From NCBI GenBank assembly GCA_046563655.1, contig CM102285.1:12958001-13022000 (forward strand): a stretch of DNA of 64,000 bases, in the 5' to 3' direction. The DNA is from Yuukianura sp. NJ FZ-2021. Its lineage: Eukaryota. Shown piece by piece: positions 59,201-64,000 of this stretch. Each line of letters opens with the position of its first letter. The first letter of the stretch is position 1. Under the pieces are notes generated by a model. That model searched no databases. It was not told the origin of the DNA and saw only the letters and a program-made list of their open reading frames with translations. Position numbers and translations under genes: made by a program.

Positions 59201-60572
59201 AACACAATATGTCTACAACCGGAACCGGTTGCTACAAAAACTACGAACATCATCCCAAGGGTGGCAACGGCGGTGGCGGAAGTGGCGGGGGCGGTGGGAA
59301 CCAATCCGCTACGGACTCAGATTCAGACTACTTGGATGACGATGAGCTGAATCAGAGCATAACCCTTCTTCCACGGAATAATAACTTGGAGATGAAGCCA
59401 CTCAATTTGGATAAGACCGGAAGTATGGAATCCACAGATACTTTCATTAGTTGCAATACGCAGCCATTCCTTAGTATTGAAGAACTCAGTGACTCTCGGC
59501 CAATGAGCGGTGGTAGTAAACTCAAGCAATCCAATTCTGGTGATAATTTGAAACGGATTCTACGGTTTGATCGAAGTGGCAGACGAAAAGTTGGAACGGG
59601 CTCCGTTAATCTTCCAGGCGGATTAGACAAACCAGTAAGCCCTAAAAATTCAAAAGAAAAAATCACTTTAACATTCAATTCTCAACTTAACTTTCAAAAT
59701 TTTGTTTCAAAATTTTAACGAACTTGGTGTCACTTTCTCCTTCTTTTGAGTTTTTTGCCAGAGTTGTAACGATTTGACGAAAGTTGGATGTTGTCCCAGC
59801 ACGTTTCAGTTTCACTTTTCGTTGATTCTCTTCGGCACGAATTGTGCCAGTAGTATTTCAGGAATCGAATTTCTGAAAGCACACAGAAAAAGACATAAGA
59901 AAAATGAAATTCGATTCACGTTTTGCGGTTAGGAAAAGTTGTTGAAACGAATTTTAATAGAGGATTTTTATACGTTTTTCTTTCTGTGAATTTTCACTAG
60001 GGCTCAAGTAAAACCCTCCTGAACTCAACTATAAGCGGACGTCGTAAATCTTCAGCGTGTAATAAATCTACTCCAGCAGTCCTGGCAGCTCAAGTTCCTA
60101 ATAAAACAAGTTCAATTCACAAAGACTCAATAAGACAAGGTAAATTGTTCACAGAGAAAGTACAAAGAAAAGAGAAAGGAAGAGTGCACGCAAGGGTCAT
60201 GACTCTTCCTTCCTCATGAATTATACTTTACCTCTTCTTACTTTAGATACGCAACTTTAAGCCGGATTGGTTGAACCGAATTCAAGTTAGTCAGTTATAG
60301 TAAAGTCTAAAAATCGGTTTTGTCTTGCAGGCTCTTTTATTGTACCACCTCAAGCACTCCAGCCACAACCACCATCGGCCACTTCAGCTACCACTTCATG
60401 TTCTTCTGGTGCTGCTGCTGCTACTGGACAAGGCCAACCCGGTCACCAGCAACAAAGCGTTCTCCAAAAACCAATTCTAAAGAAATTACTCAATCTTCAG
60501 CAAAGTGATACTAGCAGTAATAGTCATGAAAGTACATCACAACAACAATCCTCACAACAGCAGCAATCTTAG
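53253..60572 (+). CDS. Shab: Voltage-gated K+ channel Shab/Kv2
   Basis: Exons 53253-54867, 59153-59634, 60001-60139 and 60331-60572 (last two less certain). T1 domain, Kv2 [11 protein letters not shown] motif, S4 [33 protein letters not shown] and [16 protein letters not shown]. Confidence 0.95.
55052..55347. mobile_element. MITE-like element in a Shab intron
   Basis: Left TAACAAGGAGGGCCACGAAAAA and right TTTTTCGTGGTCCTCCCTGTTA form a roughly 22-bp inverted repeat with 2 mismatches, TA at both ends. Confidence 0.6.
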
Positions 60573-62277
60573 TAGACCTTATACGTTAAAAAGTTAAAAC
60601 AATTTTTAGAAAAATTTCAATTTCTATCCAACTAGCCAACTAACTACTCAGTTTTTTACAATCGTAGAACAAAACAAGAAAAGATTTTAGAAGAGTTTAA
60701 AAAAAACGTTAACCTTTTGACCTTTCGTCTTTAAAAAACTTTCTCCAAAAACTTTGTCTCTATCATCCTCTTTCTCGTCCTTAACGCTTTCGCTTCAAAA
60801 CTTTTACTGAGAAACTTACATGAAAACGTACAGCTTTCAGCGCTCAAACCAATGAAATGGGTACCTTCCCTAACAAAAATGAAAAAAAAAAGTTTGAAAA
60901 CGAAAAAAAATACACACAATTTTAAAATTCTGGAACCTTACCGTCCCTTCGTCTTCTTCTTTCTAAAAAACAAACAAAACAAAACCTGTATTACACGACA
61001 CTTGAAAAATCATTACGTAAAATTGAGACAATCCTTTAAAAAATTCATTTTTACGTTGGTAATGAGCTTACAACTTTCTCTTTTCAGTTTCCGGTGTTTC
61101 GGATTTTTTGATTCTTCATCTTCGTCGGCTTTTTAAAACAAGAAAACCTTTTGCTAGAAAAGACTTGATTAGTTTTAGTTTAAATTTAAATAAAACTAGA
61201 CTTAAATTTTAGAACAGAAAGAAATAAAAACTCATGTGCTCAATGTTATTAGAAAGCGCTGGACAAAAAGTCATGTTAAACCATTACTGTTGAAAAAAAA
61301 ACAACAAGCTTCTTACGCTATTCTCCTCTCGTAAACCAGTTTAGTTCCAAGAAAATTTCAAAAACGTTTCGTAGAATTTTCAAAATTTCGAAATTGTAGA
61401 AAGTGTATCGTCGCTGCTAGAGTTTTTAGAAAATGGCAAGTTTGACTTTAGATATTTAGTGATTTAGGGGTGATATAAAAACCTTGTCCACGTTCATGTA
61501 TTATTATTATTACTTTTAGATTTTTAATTTAATTGATAAAACAATTACCTAACTAGCTAACTTACGATTAGTATTATAAACGTACCTCCCCAAAAAATAA
61601 TTCAGAATAATTTGTTTAGAAAATTTTACGGTTACAAAAGTAATATCCTGAACAGCGCTCCTAGAATTTTAGACTTAAACTCACCAAATCTTTCTAAAAA
61701 AGCGAAATCCTTTATGCTCAAAACAACGAAAAAGTGAATAAAATATCCAGCGGAAATCTGACATTTTTTGAGTAAAAATTTACGTATTTAATTCGTGAAC
61801 AAAATTCCACGCTTTTACAATTTATACCAAATAGGAATTTAGAACAAAATTTTAGATTTTGTAAGCAAGTAGGATTGAATGGAAAGAAACAGCATCCGCA
61901 TGTAATTTCATACGAATTTATTGTTCGAAGACGATTATGTTTTGGTTTACTTTAAATGTAAACATGCGTCATGTTAAAATTAATTAGATTAATAAGAATA
62001 AATATAACTAAGAAGTCTCTTACTTCATATCATGAACAAAAGCAAGAGACTTAAGTTCAAAACTCAATGCAAGAAAAAGAAAAGCTACTAGTATTTGAAG
62101 AGATAATTCAATAGAAAATTAATTTTTAGCAACAAATTGACTATAGAGTATTATTCAGTTGCTTTCGTTTCTTACTTATTTTTTGAAGAGAAAAACAGCG
62201 AAGACTTACAGTTTCATTACAGCTTACATTTCATAAACAGCTCTCGTAGTTTTATGCGACTTGGTTAGGTAACGTTT

Positions 62278-62928
62278 TCAGTTGTACATCATTTCAGCCA
62301 TCGGAGACATCTTCTTGGGCAAATGAAGGTAAAGGTCAAAGTAACTAGCCAATTCGTTGATATTTACGTCTGGGTGAGCAGTTGCTTGCTGTGAACACGA
62401 CTGCTGAAGTCGAGGAACTGATGATGCTTCGGATGCAGAAACGCTGGGAAGAGATTCATCTTCATCTTCGGGGATATCATGCAAGGAGCTGCTGCGAATT
62501 TGTCTTCGAACCCTGCGACGGAGTAAGTCTGGCTTGAAAGCATAGGAAGACGTCGGCGTCTTCAAAATTAGTTTTGAAGGCCTCAATGAAAACTTGGTCC
62601 CGATTGGTGATGATGACATGGTTGGCTTCTTCTCTTCTGTCCTTGACTTTGCCTTCGTGCAGCGATTTGTACTGGATTGCTGCAGTGAGTCTAATAGCTT
62701 CTTGGTTTCAAAGGGGTAGTGACTATGACGACGATGGCGGTTTGTGGTGTACTGCGAATGACGAATGGGGCAAACCCAATCTTCTGACTGTTCCCGCATG
62801 TCAACTCCTGAGTCGTACGGATCGGAGCCTCTGTCGTCTGCTTGCATTCCTGGTTCCGGCGCTTTCTTATTGCTTAAGTACATGCGGCTGAAGTCTTTCA
62901 ACAATTCCTCGTCAGCTGCGCTGGTCAT
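62278..62928 (-). CDS. OSER1: Oxidative stress-responsive serine-rich protein 1
   Basis: Ser-rich ORF ending SCSQQA...DVNINELASYFDLYLHLPKKMSPMAEMMYN, the conserved OSER1 C-terminus. Confidence 0.88.
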   Translation of the reverse strand: MTSAADEELLKDFSRMYLSNKKAPEPGMQADDRGSDPYDSGVDMREQSEDWVCPIRHSQYTTNRHRRHSHYPFETKKLLDSLQQSSTNRCTKAKSRTEEKKPTMSSSPIGTKFSLRPSKLILKTPTSSYAFKPDLLRRRVRRQIRSSSLHDIPEDEDESLPSVSASEASSVPRLQQSCSQQATAHPDVNINELASYFDLYLHLPKKMSPMAEMMYN

Positions 62929-63732
62929 TGCCTTTCCCTCCAGTCGCTCCGAATTGTTCGGTTTCGGGATTCAATCTCAGCATGCAGCAGCCTTCCCTGA
63001 AATCATTGAAAAGTGAATATCCAATACTTCATCCGCAACTAATGGGACCTTCATTTTAACTTGCAAACAGCTCGGTATTAGAAGGTATGAAGTGGATTAC
63101 CACAATTGATCCGACGCAACGATCCAATTACACCAGCCACCAGCGTTTAGAACAGCTGAGAGCTAACGACCGCCGTAAGCGTCACAACACAACAACTGTC
63201 TATGCGCCAATGTCACGTCCTGGTCCTCCTCACGTCCCGCTCACGTTCCGTTCTAAAAGGTCTTCCGGAGATCTGTTTACATATAAATTGATTACTGAAG
63301 TGAAGTCTCTTACGTACTGCTTTTATAACAAATTGCGTAGTTTTCAGTGGTCGTGTACGTGTACTATGTGTGGTGCGGATAAATCATGAATGGGATAGAA
63401 AAACCTAGAAAAAGCGTAAACAAAAAGAAGATGATGGTGCCAGAAACCTCGAGATATAAATAAACCACTTGGGGGATCTTCTGCTGAGTGTTTTACATTG
63501 AGAGCACGTAAGCACCTCCTCACTACCCACTCTTTCCGGAATCAATTTTCGCAAGTAGACAGCTGCGCTCATATTTGGCATCCTGGAATTTCGAGGTAAG
63601 AGAAAAATATTACAGAATGATATTTCATAGGGGTTAGATTGAGTTTTATGATAATTATGAGTAGAGAATTTATCAAATCTACGTTTTGGATGTTAGTTTT
63701 TAAACATTGAAAAATCCAGATGCACGTACTTG

Positions 63733-64000
63733 AATTGGTGAAAATTCACATGTGTACGGTAACCTTTGGATGCATTTGAATTGTGAAAAATTTACTTGTA
63801 CTATAAATTTTGGACGTCGAGAATTGTGAAAAACTCACGTTAATTTTTAACTTTTGGACGTGTGCCAGCATTGCATTGTGAAAAATTTAGCTGTACTCTA
63901 ACTTTTGGATGTGTCAGAGTTGTGAAAAATTCACCTGTACTCTAACTTTTGGATGTGCCAGAATTGTTAAAAGTACACAGTTATTCTAACTTTTGGTTGA
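63733..64000. repeat. Degenerate tandem repeat of about 44 bp, running off the window
   Basis: About 6 copies of AATTGTGAAAAATTCACCTGTACTCTAACTTTTGGATGTGCCAG. Confidence 0.85.

Noticed and set aside
63733..64000. Roughly 44-bp repeats as a CRISPR array
   Set aside because: The units are contiguous and degenerate with no unique spacers, there are no cas genes, and the context is eukaryotic.

Overview
Gene-dense, AT-rich eukaryotic DNA with short GT-AG introns. It is almost certainly an arthropod, since it carries an abrupt-type BTB-zinc-finger gene, Shab and a tilB/LRRC6 gene. I rebuilt about 20 genes by hand from the ORF track plus splice signals. In order: a partial CYHR1-like 5' exon, an orphan, orphan paralog A, a secreted acidic/basic prepropeptide, IP6K, a plant/microbial-type nitrilase, a DIPP/Aps Nudix hydrolase, a secreted Gly/Tyr-rich protein, a roadblock dynein light chain, a CRAL-TRIO protein, an orphan, a BTB-BACK-PHR protein, orphan paralog B, signal peptide peptidase, XPR1, a coiled-coil orphan, DNAAF11/LRRC6, a Cav-beta subunit, abrupt, Shab/Kv2 and OSER1. 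There are also MITEs, a tRNA-derived relic and two tandem repeats. The main observation is that a synthesising enzyme (IP6K), a degrading enzyme (DIPP) and an effector (XPR1, the SPX-gated phosphate exporter) of inositol-pyrophosphate signalling lie within about 31 kb. IP6K and DIPP are divergently transcribed, and all three have predicted long spliced leaders with upstream AUGs. Other highlights: two diverged 4-exon paralogs of a family I do not recognise; an intron-containing branch-1 nitrilase (horizontal transfer candidate); and a Shab gene that encodes Val at the S6 Ile site that is RNA-edited in fly and squid. All exon models are manual predictions and no database searches were run.
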